Assembly (NCBI GenBank): GCA_965197905.1
Contig: CBDAOB010000004.1
Coordinates: 992,001 to 1,056,000 of the forward strand
Length of the DNA: 64,000 bases
Reading direction: 5' to 3'
Origin: Candidatus Latescibacterota bacterium
GTDB taxonomy: Bacteria; Latescibacterota; UBA2968; UBA8231
The position numbers were made by a program, and so were the translations under genes. The notes below the pieces were generated by a model, which worked only from the letters and a program-made list of their open reading frames with translations, was not told where the DNA came from and searched no databases. Shown here piece after piece: positions 29,653 through 39,007 of this stretch (within the stretch, counting starts at the first letter, position 1; each line of letters begins with the position of its first letter).

Positions 29653-31242
29653 ATGGCTGACCAACGGCAGGAAATCCTCGAACGCGGCAGTTACTTTCCC
29701 GGCGACTGGGTGCGGCCACGGTACAACCCCGGCACCTGGATGGCGATGGTGGACGTGGCGGAGATCTTTACCGGCCACCGCAGCCTTACGCGCGATGGTC
29801 GCTATGAGATGTTCGACGGACCGCTCGGTGTGCAATTGCGGGTGGAGAAGGCGAACAAATCGGAGCCGTTTCTGATCCCGGAAAAGGAATGGGAAACCGG
29901 TCACTTTGGCCCCTCATATATCTGGAACGAGGACGGACGCCTCCACATGTTTTACAGCGCCGGAGATAACAGCTGCTATGCCGTCAGCGATGACGGCTAC
30001 AACTGGGAACGGCCGGTTCTGGGCCAGACCGAGTTCAAAGGATCAACGGAGAACAACCTTCTCAAGACACCGGTGCCTGGCAGCATCTTCGAAGATCCCT
30101 CGGCGCCGGCGGCAGAACGCTACAAAGCGCTGGAGGCACAGGGCTATTGGAAAGATCGCGACTCCGGTGTGGAGGTTGACGGCGACGAGGCGGACAAATG
30201 CTGGCGTGCCGAACATTACGAAGGGACAGCTTATTCCGGTCGCAAGGTCGTTCTGAAAGGCCGCATGATGGGTTGGACCTCGCCCGACCGCTTCACCTGG
30301 ACCAAGATCGACGAACCGCTCGCCAATTATTCGGTGAATGGCGGCATCTGTCCCGGGTACGACGAGCACAACGAGGACTACTTCGCCTTCATTCAGCCAC
30401 AAGGCTGCGCCCCCGTTGAACCGCGAAGCATGGGGACCAGCATCCCCGAGACCGAGGTAGTGCGGCGCGCGGTGGGGTTAACGCGCACCAAGGACTTCAG
30501 TAAATGGCCCGCGGCCAAATTATTGATCCATCCCGATGCCCAGGACCCATTGGACATTTCCTATTACGGCGCGTGTTATTTTGCCTATCCGGGCCGCCAG
30601 GATCTTCACGCCATGTTTCTTTCGGTGTTCCACCAGATCACCGACACCGTGGATATGCAGCTCGCCTTCAGCCGCGATGGCATCGTCTGGACGCGGCCGG
30701 AACGCCGGGCCATAACGAATTTGGGTGCGCAAGGAAGCGGCGAAGAGGCTCAGCTCCACATATGGCGCCACGGTCTGGTAGAGCTACCCGATGGAAATTG
30801 GGCCGTGCCCTACCAGGGCCACTCGATCCTGCATACGGTGGACAATGAGGACATCCGCAAGGCTCTTTTCCCGGACGCGCAACCGATACAAAACCGTTGG
30901 GCGCGCTGGCGCCGCCACCGCCTGTGCGGAGTAGAGGCGGAAAACGAAGGATCCTTCACCATACCCACCGTGTTTCGCCGCAAAAAGGAACTGCGCCTCA
31001 ACTATCGCTGCGCCCCGGGGGGTTGGATCAAGATCGAGCTGCTGCCGTATATCCCGACGATGTTGCTCCCGGACGCTAACCCGCTGAAAGGCTACTCCTT
31101 CGAGGAGTGCGACCGCCTGGTGGGAGACGAAGAAGACCAGGTCGTCACCTGGAAAGGCAGTAGCGATATCACCGGGGTCGGTGAGATGGCGGCCATTCGG
31201 GTGCAGATGTTTCAGTCGAAGCTGTTCGCATACCGGCTCTAG
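29653..31242 (+). CDS. Uncharacterised beta-propeller protein (same family as 5933..7402)
   Basis: LHMFY..CYAVSDDGYNWERPVLG, SPDRFTW, QLAFSRDGIVW, PLKGYSFEECD..V.W. Confidence 0.7.
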   Translation: MADQRQEILERGSYFPGDWVRPRYNPGTWMAMVDVAEIFTGHRSLTRDGRYEMFDGPLGVQLRVEKANKSEPFLIPEKEWETGHFGPSYIWNEDGRLHMFYSAGDNSCYAVSDDGYNWERPVLGQTEFKGSTENNLLKTPVPGSIFEDPSAPAAERYKALEAQGYWKDRDSGVEVDGDEADKCWRAEHYEGTAYSGRKVVLKGRMMGWTSPDRFTWTKIDEPLANYSVNGGICPGYDEHNEDYFAFIQPQGCAPVEPRSMGTSIPETEVVRRAVGLTRTKDFSKWPAAKLLIHPDAQDPLDISYYGACYFAYPGRQDLHAMFLSVFHQITDTVDMQLAFSRDGIVWTRPERRAITNLGAQGSGEEAQLHIWRHGLVELPDGNWAVPYQGHSILHTVDNEDIRKALFPDAQPIQNRWARWRRHRLCGVEAENEGSFTIPTVFRRKKELRLNYRCAPGGWIKIELLPYIPTMLLPDANPLKGYSFEECDRLVGDEEDQVVTWKGSSDITGVGEMAAIRVQMFQSKLFAYRL

Positions 31243-31350
31243 CAGTCCGCGCGGGACGTGAACCGCATTCTAAGAACTCGGACTCCTTGCTTTTTGCGCT
31301 GGGTTGTCAAATCGTGTGGAACCGCGGTGCCTCCCACTCTGCAGGATGGA

Positions 31351-32541
31351 TCAAGACATCGGGAGTCCCTCGGGCAGATCCTGATTCTCGCCGAGAATCC
31401 ACAGTGGCTGAGAGAAAGCCCACTGAGCCAGCTCCGGTTGCTCGGCCGGCCAGCGGAGCTCGTCGCTCTCGCATTCGACGCGGACGTACCCCTCATCACC
31501 CGCGACGCGATACTCCGCCGACGATGATTCTGCTTCCAACAAGGTTCGTCCGCCGCGTCCGACGAACCGAACGCGCGACGCGTTTTCCGTTGCGACGCAG
31601 ATGTTGCCATCCTTCAGGGTAAGCGACGACACCGAAACGCCGGTTGTAGCGTAGAAGCCTCCGGTCCGCAGCGCCCGCAGTACCTCCTCCACAGTGAGCG
31701 AATCAGCCCAGACCTCGGCCCAGGCGGAGAACGGCTCGGCGCCGCCTTCGCGACCGACCGTATGCATATCGTCGTTGCCGTACCCCCAACAGCTGACCCC
31801 GGCGCTGAGGATGCCGTCCCAAAGCCGGCGGGCAAATCCGCTTTCGCCGGTGGGATTCTCCCGCCTCCCGTGCCGCATGACGTATCCGTTGACTACTTCG
31901 ATGCCGTCGAAGCCGCGGCGTTCGGGATGATCCAGGAAAAACTCCGGCTCGTCTTCCCACTCGTTGGGATGGGGCAGGAAGACCACGCCACCCGCTTCCT
32001 GTGTCACTGCACAGTAGTCGGTGGTGCCTCTGAACCTGGCGACGTCGCTTCCCGCAGTGTGGATGGGAAACCCGTTAACCACAATGTGGGGACCGGTGAA
32101 GTGGTCTTCAAAACCGGGCAGCACAAGAAACTCCCCGTCCCGCTCGATTTTCCAGTTCTCTTCGACCCATGGCCGCGCCTGCTCGGCGCCGGTCCGCGTG
32201 TAATCGCGCAGGTACGCCTCGCGGCCGGCATCTTCGTTGCACGGGAAGTGAGGTTTGGAGCCTTCGCCCCGCGGTCGGGCAAGGGACATAACCTGGCCGT
32301 CCAGGTTCCAGTCGTGGACTCCATCCCCGTCTTGATCGCCGTATGCGTCGTGGTCGGCAATGCAGAGAATCCGGTACCCCTCAGCGAGGTAGAGATCGGC
32401 GACCTCCTGCGGTGACAGCATGCCGTCGCTATGGGTGCTATGGCAATGAAGGTTCGCTTTGAACGCAGGGGTGGAAGCTTCGTGGAAGGATCCGACGACA
32501 ACGGCGTCCCCCATGCCGGTATGGATCTCGTGGCGTTCCAA
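31351..32541 (-). CDS. PHP-domain metallohydrolase (CehA/McbA-like)
   Basis: ANLHCHSTHSDG, IADHD, PHP, GIEVVN, GNDDMH, ALRTGGFYATTG, YVRVE. Confidence 0.85.
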   Translation of the reverse strand: MERHEIHTGMGDAVVVGSFHEASTPAFKANLHCHSTHSDGMLSPQEVADLYLAEGYRILCIADHDAYGDQDGDGVHDWNLDGQVMSLARPRGEGSKPHFPCNEDAGREAYLRDYTRTGAEQARPWVEENWKIERDGEFLVLPGFEDHFTGPHIVVNGFPIHTAGSDVARFRGTTDYCAVTQEAGGVVFLPHPNEWEDEPEFFLDHPERRGFDGIEVVNGYVMRHGRRENPTGESGFARRLWDGILSAGVSCWGYGNDDMHTVGREGGAEPFSAWAEVWADSLTVEEVLRALRTGGFYATTGVSVSSLTLKDGNICVATENASRVRFVGRGGRTLLEAESSSAEYRVAGDEGYVRVECESDELRWPAEQPELAQWAFSQPLWILGENQDLPEGLPMS

Positions 32542-32573
32542 GGAATAGTTCCTTCCCGTTTGAGAGTCTTCGA

Positions 32574-33434
32574 TCAGCGCTGGCGCACGAACTTCTGCAA
32601 TCTTTGATCGGTCTGCACCTCGCCGACGTAGAGATCGCCGGCGCTGTCGGTCCAGATGCCGTGGGGACAGCCGAGAAATTCTCCCGGCTCGTCCAACCGC
32701 TCTCCCTTACCCCAGCGACACAACAGCTCGCCCTCGAGATTCAGGATGCTGACCCGCTGATCGAGCTCGGCGATGTAGACGATATCGTCCTCGTCGATAT
32801 GGATCGTATCGGGACGATTGAGGTCGCCCCACTCTGTCAGGTAAACGCCTTCGGTATCGAAGATCTGCACGCGGCTGTTAGTGCGGTCGCAGACGAGAAC
32901 GCGATCGTTCTTGTCGACACGAACGCAGTGGGGCAGATCGAATTCGCCCGGACCGCTGCCCGGGCTTCCCCAGGATTTGATCAACTCTCCCGCTGCCGTG
33001 TACTTGTGGACGCGGGCATTGTCGTAGCCATCGGAGATATACATGTCGCCGGCGGAATCGAAGGCGATATCGGTGGGCAGACGGAACGGCTCACCTTCGG
33101 CTCCCTGCGCTCCCGGCGTGCCAAGGGTGGAGATCAGGTTTCCATCAATATCGAGCTGCCGCATGCAGTGGGCTTCCCGTTCCACGCAGAATATCCGATC
33201 CCCTTCGTCGATGAGGATCCCGTGGGCATCGACCAGAATCTCCTCTGCCAACGAGTCGATGAAGTTGCCGGCCCTATCGAGACGGACGAGAGGATGCTCA
33301 CTGCGATTGTAGACGTAGACGCGGTCTTTGGAGTCGACACCCACGGCAGCTACCCAGCCGAGTCTCCAGCCTGCCGGGTAGGAACCCCAGCCCTCAGCGA
33401 CTTCGTACACAAAATCTCCAGAACCTACGATCAT
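32574..33434 (-). CDS. NHL-repeat protein (peptidyl-alpha-hydroxyglycine alpha-amidating lyase family)
   Basis: VGVDSKDRVYV, PTDIAFD..GDMYISDGY, GPGEFDLPH, PHGIWTDS. Confidence 0.9.
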   Translation of the reverse strand: MIVGSGDFVYEVAEGWGSYPAGWRLGWVAAVGVDSKDRVYVYNRSEHPLVRLDRAGNFIDSLAEEILVDAHGILIDEGDRIFCVEREAHCMRQLDIDGNLISTLGTPGAQGAEGEPFRLPTDIAFDSAGDMYISDGYDNARVHKYTAAGELIKSWGSPGSGPGEFDLPHCVRVDKNDRVLVCDRTNSRVQIFDTEGVYLTEWGDLNRPDTIHIDEDDIVYIAELDQRVSILNLEGELLCRWGKGERLDEPGEFLGCPHGIWTDSAGDLYVGEVQTDQRLQKFVRQR

Positions 33435-33496
33435 AACATTTCTCCAAACGTTTATGGTCGGACAGTCACGTCAAAGTATATTATTCTTGCTGCCAA

Positions 33497-34525
33497 CTAG
33501 GGCTCCTTCGCCGCCGTCTGAATCAGGGCGCGCATGTAACCCAGGTCGAAAGCATTACCCTGCCGAAAACCCTCGTCACCGACGATGCGGGGCCAGTGTG
33601 CCGGCGCCAGGTGGGCGTTGGAGCCGGCCTTGTTGAGAGCGCGGACCACGGCGAGGAAGTCGCAGTCGCCAAGATCGAGAAACGCTTCCTGGAACTTGGG
33701 CACCGTCCCATTGACCGCCTGCACATGTCCCATGAAGATCTTCTCACCTCCCAAGCTGTTGATGGCGTGATCCAGATCGATCCCCATCGCCTGCCAGTTC
33801 CCCAGACACATGTTGATTCCCCACACCGGGCTGTCGGCAATCTCCAGCGCCCGCAGGTGACCCTCTAGGTTGTAGAACAACCGTGGCATGCCGCCCATGC
33901 TCTCCACTGGCGGATCGTCGGGATGCACGGCCATGCGCACGCCGGCATCTTCACACACCGGCAGGATCTTCTTCACGAAGTACTCGTAGTTGTCCCACAT
34001 CTCCTCGCGACTGTATTCGCGGCCGCGAAACAAAGGCAGCGGCTCCAGCTTCTTCATATCGATCGCCGAAAGCAGTGAACCGCCGCGACCGGGGACCTCG
34101 TAGGAGTGGCGCCAGGACGCGTTCACCATGGTCTCCGGATTGCACATCCAGTGATACGCCATCAGAGTGACCCCCGCCTTGCCTGCCAGCCGAATGTTGT
34201 GTGTCAGGTTCTCGATCTGCTGATCGCGCAGCTCGCCCCCCAGCCAGATATGCTCCATCGCCGACGCCTCCGCCTGCCCGGTAATCTCCAGCGTGCCCAG
34301 CTCCATACCCAGGTCGCGGATCTCGTTCACCAGATTCACGATCCTGAGATAGTCCCACTTCAGACCCGGTTTTCTTCCCCCGACCTTGCCACCCGGGGGG
34401 TTGATCGCGGGGTCGTTGCACCCAACGATTACTTTTTCTACGCCCAGCTGCGCCAGATAGCGCAGATGGGTCTTGTCCTTCATGATCGGCTCGAAATGCG
34501 AATACGCGCCCAGACAGACAGGCAT
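33497..34525 (-). CDS. Mannonate dehydratase (UxuA)-like protein
   Basis: QLGV, YHWM, EEMWDNYEYF..ILPVCEDAGVRMAVHPDDPP, FQEAF.D.GD. Confidence 0.8.
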   Translation of the reverse strand: MPVCLGAYSHFEPIMKDKTHLRYLAQLGVEKVIVGCNDPAINPPGGKVGGRKPGLKWDYLRIVNLVNEIRDLGMELGTLEITGQAEASAMEHIWLGGELRDQQIENLTHNIRLAGKAGVTLMAYHWMCNPETMVNASWRHSYEVPGRGGSLLSAIDMKKLEPLPLFRGREYSREEMWDNYEYFVKKILPVCEDAGVRMAVHPDDPPVESMGGMPRLFYNLEGHLRALEIADSPVWGINMCLGNWQAMGIDLDHAINSLGGEKIFMGHVQAVNGTVPKFQEAFLDLGDCDFLAVVRALNKAGSNAHLAPAHWPRIVGDEGFRQGNAFDLGYMRALIQTAAKEP

Positions 34526-34565
34526 TGGATTCTCCTTATTTCTCTCTTTTCGTGAGCTTGGCCGG

Positions 34566-34590
34566 TGCGATAATATGCGCAATTATCGCA
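34566..34590. promoter_or_regulatory. Candidate operator, 9-7-9 inverted repeat between divergent genes
   Basis: TGCGATAAT-atgcgca-ATTATCGCA. Confidence 0.55.
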
Positions 34591-34644
34591 AAAAGCGTTT
34601 GTCCTTATTTTCTTTCTCTGACGAACCTTATCACGGGGGCAACA

Positions 34645-35496
34645 ATGGACTCGAGATATATCGAATATCTGCTGACGGCCGAGGAATCGGAGCAATTCGA
34701 ACGGGACGGTTTCTTTTTCGTCGAAAACGCCTTGTCCGAGGATGTGGTGGACACCCTTATCACCGTCGTCGACCGCATCGATGGAGAGGAACGCCGGCGA
34801 TTGCAGAGCGCCCCGGGCGACCGCTCCAGTGTCCGCGACTTCATCGGCAGAGACGACCGCTTCCTGGAGTTGCTCGATTGGTACAAAACCTTTCCCAAGG
34901 TGTGGGGCATCCTCGGCTGGCACATCCAGCTGTACCACACGCACCTGAACGTCACGCCCGCTGTTTCAGGAAGTACCCTTGAAGGGGATGGTCTGGGGTT
35001 GAATTGGCATCAGGACAGCGGCCGCATCAATCAGGACTGCGAAAGCAACCCCCGCGCGCGCGTCTCGCTCAAAGTGGGATTCTTTCTTACCGACATCACT
35101 GAATCAAACTGCGGCAATTTCTACATCGTGCCCGGCAGCCACCTGCAAAACGACTTTCCGGGAGATGACCGCAATGGCCTTCTGGATGGCGCCATGCCAG
35201 TGTGCGTTCCCGCCGGGACCGCGGTTTTTTTCGATCGTCGCCTGTGGCATTCGGCAAGCAACAACTACTCGCATACGCCGCGACGGGTGCTCTTCTACGG
35301 CTACTCCTACCGCTGGTTGCGTCCGCGCGACAACATGACTGTTGATCACTACCTCGATCGCTGCGACCCGATTCGCAGACAACTCCTCGGCGTCAGCAAT
35401 ACGGGCGGCCTCGGGTACACTTCACCTTCGGATGAGGACGTGCCGCTGAAGTCATGGCTGGAAGAGCAGCTGGGCGCAGAGGCAGTGATTCCTTGA
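34645..35496 (+). CDS. PhyH-family dioxygenase
   Basis: FERDGFF, WHQD, LKVGFFLTD, VPGSH, AGTAVFFDRRLWH. Confidence 0.9.
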   Translation: MDSRYIEYLLTAEESEQFERDGFFFVENALSEDVVDTLITVVDRIDGEERRRLQSAPGDRSSVRDFIGRDDRFLELLDWYKTFPKVWGILGWHIQLYHTHLNVTPAVSGSTLEGDGLGLNWHQDSGRINQDCESNPRARVSLKVGFFLTDITESNCGNFYIVPGSHLQNDFPGDDRNGLLDGAMPVCVPAGTAVFFDRRLWHSASNNYSHTPRRVLFYGYSYRWLRPRDNMTVDHYLDRCDPIRRQLLGVSNTGGLGYTSPSDEDVPLKSWLEEQLGAEAVIP

Positions 35497-35532
35497 CGGA
35501 GGGGGTCCGCGCGCACAGCCCATCCCTTTGGG

Positions 35533-37206
35533 TCAGTCCAGTGGAATAACGGGCAGTAGCAGGTGTGATGGGAATATTGAAGTATGGTGGACCGACTGGT
35601 TCGCCCTTCTCATGTTGGCGCCCCGCGCCGGATCTCCACCTGTATTCAAGTTGCGGTCGAATCGTGGGAAGTTCGACGACGAAACCTCCAATCGGATTTG
35701 GTGACCTTTCCGGAAGCAGTTCCCCGTAACCCCAACCTCGATCTCGTACTCGTACACTTTTCCGGCCTCCAGGAGTTTGGGCTCGGAGAAACTCTCTCGA
35801 TAGCGCGCCCGCAGAATGCCGTCGCACAGGTTCATGGCATACCCGCCGGGCGAGACGTCAACGAGTTTGGCGGTCCAGTCCGAGTCGAGACCATCGGTGG
35901 CAGCGTATAGCACGAGTTTGATCGGACCGATGACATCCACGTCACTCGGCATCGGCTGGCTGGTGTAACATAAGACGTCGTTTCGCATCTCCACGGGACG
36001 CTGGTCGTAGGGACCCCAGGGCACGATGTGCGGTGAGCAGCAGTTGTTGCCGCCCATCGTCGGGACCGGAAATTCTGGATCGTAGACGAAGGTGTCGGTG
36101 TTCTCGTTTTGTGGTAGGTCGGTTGAAAGAGCACCGTCGCCGATAACCGTATTCGCCTTTCCGTGCGAGTGCAGGTACCACCGCTCCCATTTCGTCCGCG
36201 CCAGCGGCCATTCGTGTTCGTCCTGCCACCTGTTGCTTCCCATGATGAAGAGACGGAGCGGCGGTTCATCTACGATGCCGTTGTCTATGTCCCGCATCCA
36301 GTAGTCGAACCACCGGATCTCTTCGGCCTCGAGATCAACCAGTGAACTTGCCCCGAAATCCACATCTCCAGTGCGTGAAGATAGGCTCAGCGCGTGGGGC
36401 CACGGACCAACGATGAGCCGGCTGCGTCGGGTGTTCTTGCTCCCACCCTCAAGGCGCATGCCGTTCAAGTTGGTGAAGGTCTGGTTGGCGTAGAGATCGT
36501 ACCACCCACCCATAATGTATGCCGGGGCGAGCATGTCACCCCAACGCAGCTCATCGTTGAACTCCTCCCAGTAGCTGTCGTCGGTCGAATGGTCCATCCA
36601 GTCCTGCCAGAAGGCCAGGTCGCGACCCGCGCCCTTCGCTAAATCACCCACGGGCAGTGTGCGAAACGCTTCCGTCCAGTTGTGAAAATCGATTGACTGA
36701 CCCGTTCGGCCGTTGGTGCGCATCCCCCATGTGGCCAGAACGTTCAGCTGAAAGGCCCCACCCGGCCATACGAGGCCGTTGTAATATTCTGCCGCCATTA
36801 CGCGGGGGACGATGCAGGTCAGATGCGAACTCTGCAGTGGAGCGCTGGTCCACTGAACGCATCCACCGTAGGAACTTCCGGACATCCCGATCTTACCGTC
36901 GCTCCATTCCTGACGGCCGATCCACTCCTGGGTGTCGTAGCCATCTTCGGCCTCGCGAAATGGATAGTAGTCGCCATCGGAGTCCCAGCATCCACGGCAA
37001 TCCTGGATCACGCAGGCGTACCCGTAGTTGGCAAGCCGCCGGCCTTTCTCCACGCTCCCATCCATGTTGTTGCTGTACGGCGTGCGCATGAGGACTGTGG
37101 GAAAGGTGCCTCGCGTTTTCGGGAGATAGACGTCCGAAGAGAGCTCGACCCCGTCCCGAGCGGGAGTTTTGATATTCAGCTGCATGTCTACGGGGTAGTT
37201 TGCCAT
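35533..37206 (-). CDS. CocE/NonD family serine hydrolase
   Basis: RDGVEL, RTPY, QDCRG..SDG, GSSYGG, GGWYD, GPWPH, SSSNFPRFDRN. Confidence 0.93.
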   Translation of the reverse strand: MANYPVDMQLNIKTPARDGVELSSDVYLPKTRGTFPTVLMRTPYSNNMDGSVEKGRRLANYGYACVIQDCRGCWDSDGDYYPFREAEDGYDTQEWIGRQEWSDGKIGMSGSSYGGCVQWTSAPLQSSHLTCIVPRVMAAEYYNGLVWPGGAFQLNVLATWGMRTNGRTGQSIDFHNWTEAFRTLPVGDLAKGAGRDLAFWQDWMDHSTDDSYWEEFNDELRWGDMLAPAYIMGGWYDLYANQTFTNLNGMRLEGGSKNTRRSRLIVGPWPHALSLSSRTGDVDFGASSLVDLEAEEIRWFDYWMRDIDNGIVDEPPLRLFIMGSNRWQDEHEWPLARTKWERWYLHSHGKANTVIGDGALSTDLPQNENTDTFVYDPEFPVPTMGGNNCCSPHIVPWGPYDQRPVEMRNDVLCYTSQPMPSDVDVIGPIKLVLYAATDGLDSDWTAKLVDVSPGGYAMNLCDGILRARYRESFSEPKLLEAGKVYEYEIEVGVTGNCFRKGHQIRLEVSSSNFPRFDRNLNTGGDPARGANMRRANQSVHHTSIFPSHLLLPVIPLD

Positions 37207-37220
37207 GTCGCCCACTGCGC

Positions 37221-38300
37221 CTATTTGCCGCGGCCGAGACAAGCCTGCCTGAATTCTTCCATACTATCTACCAGGGGACAGGATTTGCCGTCTAACATGC
37301 GTTCAATCGCGGCATCGTCTTTGAAGCCCGTTCCCGTAACCAGACAGACCACCTCGGCATCCAGATCCAGCTCCCGGCGGGCGCAGGCGTCCATCACACC
37401 TGCCAGGCCGATCGCTCCAGCCGGCTCGGAAAATATACCCTCCTCCCGTGCCATCCTCGCCTGCGCTGAGAACACCTCATCATCGCTGACGAGGTATCCC
37501 GTCCCACCCGAGGCGCGACACGACGCCAGGGCCTCGTCCCCGTCGATAACATTGGCGATCTGCAGCGCACTGATGGTCGTGGCCCCCTCACTGGTCTGGG
37601 CGTGCTCGCTGCCCTCGCGCAGCGGTCCGGCAATCGTGTTGTTGCCCTTGGGCTGCACGCAGTGCACCGCGGCGGAACAACCCGCGCGCTCGAAACCGCG
37701 CGCCACCGCCAGGGACAATCCCCCGCCGGCAGTGGGAGAGAATACATGGTCGGGACCGCCAGACAACTGCTCCGCCAGTTCGTAGCTGATGGTCTGCACC
37801 GCCTCCATGGCTCGTGGACAGTATCTAAAGGCGCTGATCTCCTGCGCGGCTCCCATTTCTGCGGCCAGGGGTCCCAACCCCTCCATGATCTCCTCGGTCA
37901 CCACCGGATCAAAACCGAAACCGCGAATGCGCAACAGGGTTGCCCCAAAGGCCAGCATCTGGCGCAGCTTGCCTTCCGCCGCCTTTTCCAGGATCGCAAC
38001 GTAACAAGAGATGCCGAGAGCCGCGCTATAAGCGGCGAGCGCTGCACCGGCATTGCCGCTGGACACTCCGAGAACCGCATTCTTGCCTTCGGCACGAAGA
38101 TGGGATACAGCAAACGCGGTAAAGCGATCTTTGTAGGAGCCGGTGGGATTACTGCCTTCGAGCTTGAAATAAAGGTTCTTCAGCCCTGCCGCCGGCCCGA
38201 TTCGTCGAGATCGGATCAGTGGCGTTTGGCCCTCCTCCAGGCTGAAGCGGTGTTCGGCTGCCAATGGAGGCAGCATATCGGCGTATTTCCAGATGCTCAT
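37221..38300 (-). CDS. Threonine-synthase-like fold-II PLP enzyme
   Basis: EGQTPL, KLEGSNPTGSYKDR, SSGNAG, EGIFSEPAG, VTGTGFKD. Confidence 0.88.
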   Translation of the reverse strand: MSIWKYADMLPPLAAEHRFSLEEGQTPLIRSRRIGPAAGLKNLYFKLEGSNPTGSYKDRFTAFAVSHLRAEGKNAVLGVSSGNAGAALAAYSAALGISCYVAILEKAAEGKLRQMLAFGATLLRIRGFGFDPVVTEEIMEGLGPLAAEMGAAQEISAFRYCPRAMEAVQTISYELAEQLSGGPDHVFSPTAGGGLSLAVARGFERAGCSAAVHCVQPKGNNTIAGPLREGSEHAQTSEGATTISALQIANVIDGDEALASCRASGGTGYLVSDDEVFSAQARMAREEGIFSEPAGAIGLAGVMDACARRELDLDAEVVCLVTGTGFKDDAAIERMLDGKSCPLVDSMEEFRQACLGRGK

Positions 38301-38349
38301 GGCACCACAGTGAGTAGAGTTGCGTGCCGGAAAGCTGAACGGGGGAGCT

Positions 38350-38676
38350 CTATTCAGCTTCCCTGTTTACGGCTCGATTGGTCTTGGCTCGACGCTTTTC
38401 CGACTCCTGATTCATTTCCTTCATTTCCGTTTTCAAACCGTTCAGCTTCTTCTGCATCTTCTTTTTCTTGACCTCCAACTGCTGCTTGTTTCGATCGGCT
38501 ATCTTGGTTTTCGAGCCGGCGGCCTTATACCGTCCCATCACTTCTCTCTTCAGCTGATCGACTTGCGAAATCTGATTCTTCATGCGCCCGATCAGCTGGG
38601 CGGTCGTAATCTTGGCCGTGACCACAAGCACCATCATCAAAAGCGCTGCTACCATGGCTACTATTTCAAGGGTCAT
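38350..38676 (-). CDS. Small membrane-anchored coiled-coil protein
   Basis: N-terminal hydrophobic helix then K/E/Q-rich heptads; RBS AAGGGAGG. Confidence 0.75.
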   Translation of the reverse strand: MTLEIVAMVAALLMMVLVVTAKITTAQLIGRMKNQISQVDQLKREVMGRYKAAGSKTKIADRNKQQLEVKKKKMQKKLNGLKTEMKEMNQESEKRRAKTNRAVNREAE

Positions 38677-39007
38677 GACATCCCTCCCTTTTCGATGAAC
38701 TTAGGCAAGCCGAGCAAGCGACAAAAGGAGTAACGATTCAATAAAGGGCGACCTCTTCGTCCTGACACGCATTTTTTGTCTGCTAAAGGTCATTGTGATG
38801 CTGTTAAATATACTCTCTGGCTAATAGTGCTCTCCTTTGCCCCCCTGCGCGCGGATCACATTGTCGTATTCCCGGGGTCCTGTATATATATTGGGATCGC
38901 AACCCCGATTATCAGGGAGGGAGTCTCATGTTCTCAATTTTCTTACCACTCAGACTACGAGGTGTGCAGCCTACCGGTAGTGTGTCGATGTCCCTGGAGA
39001 CACCATC

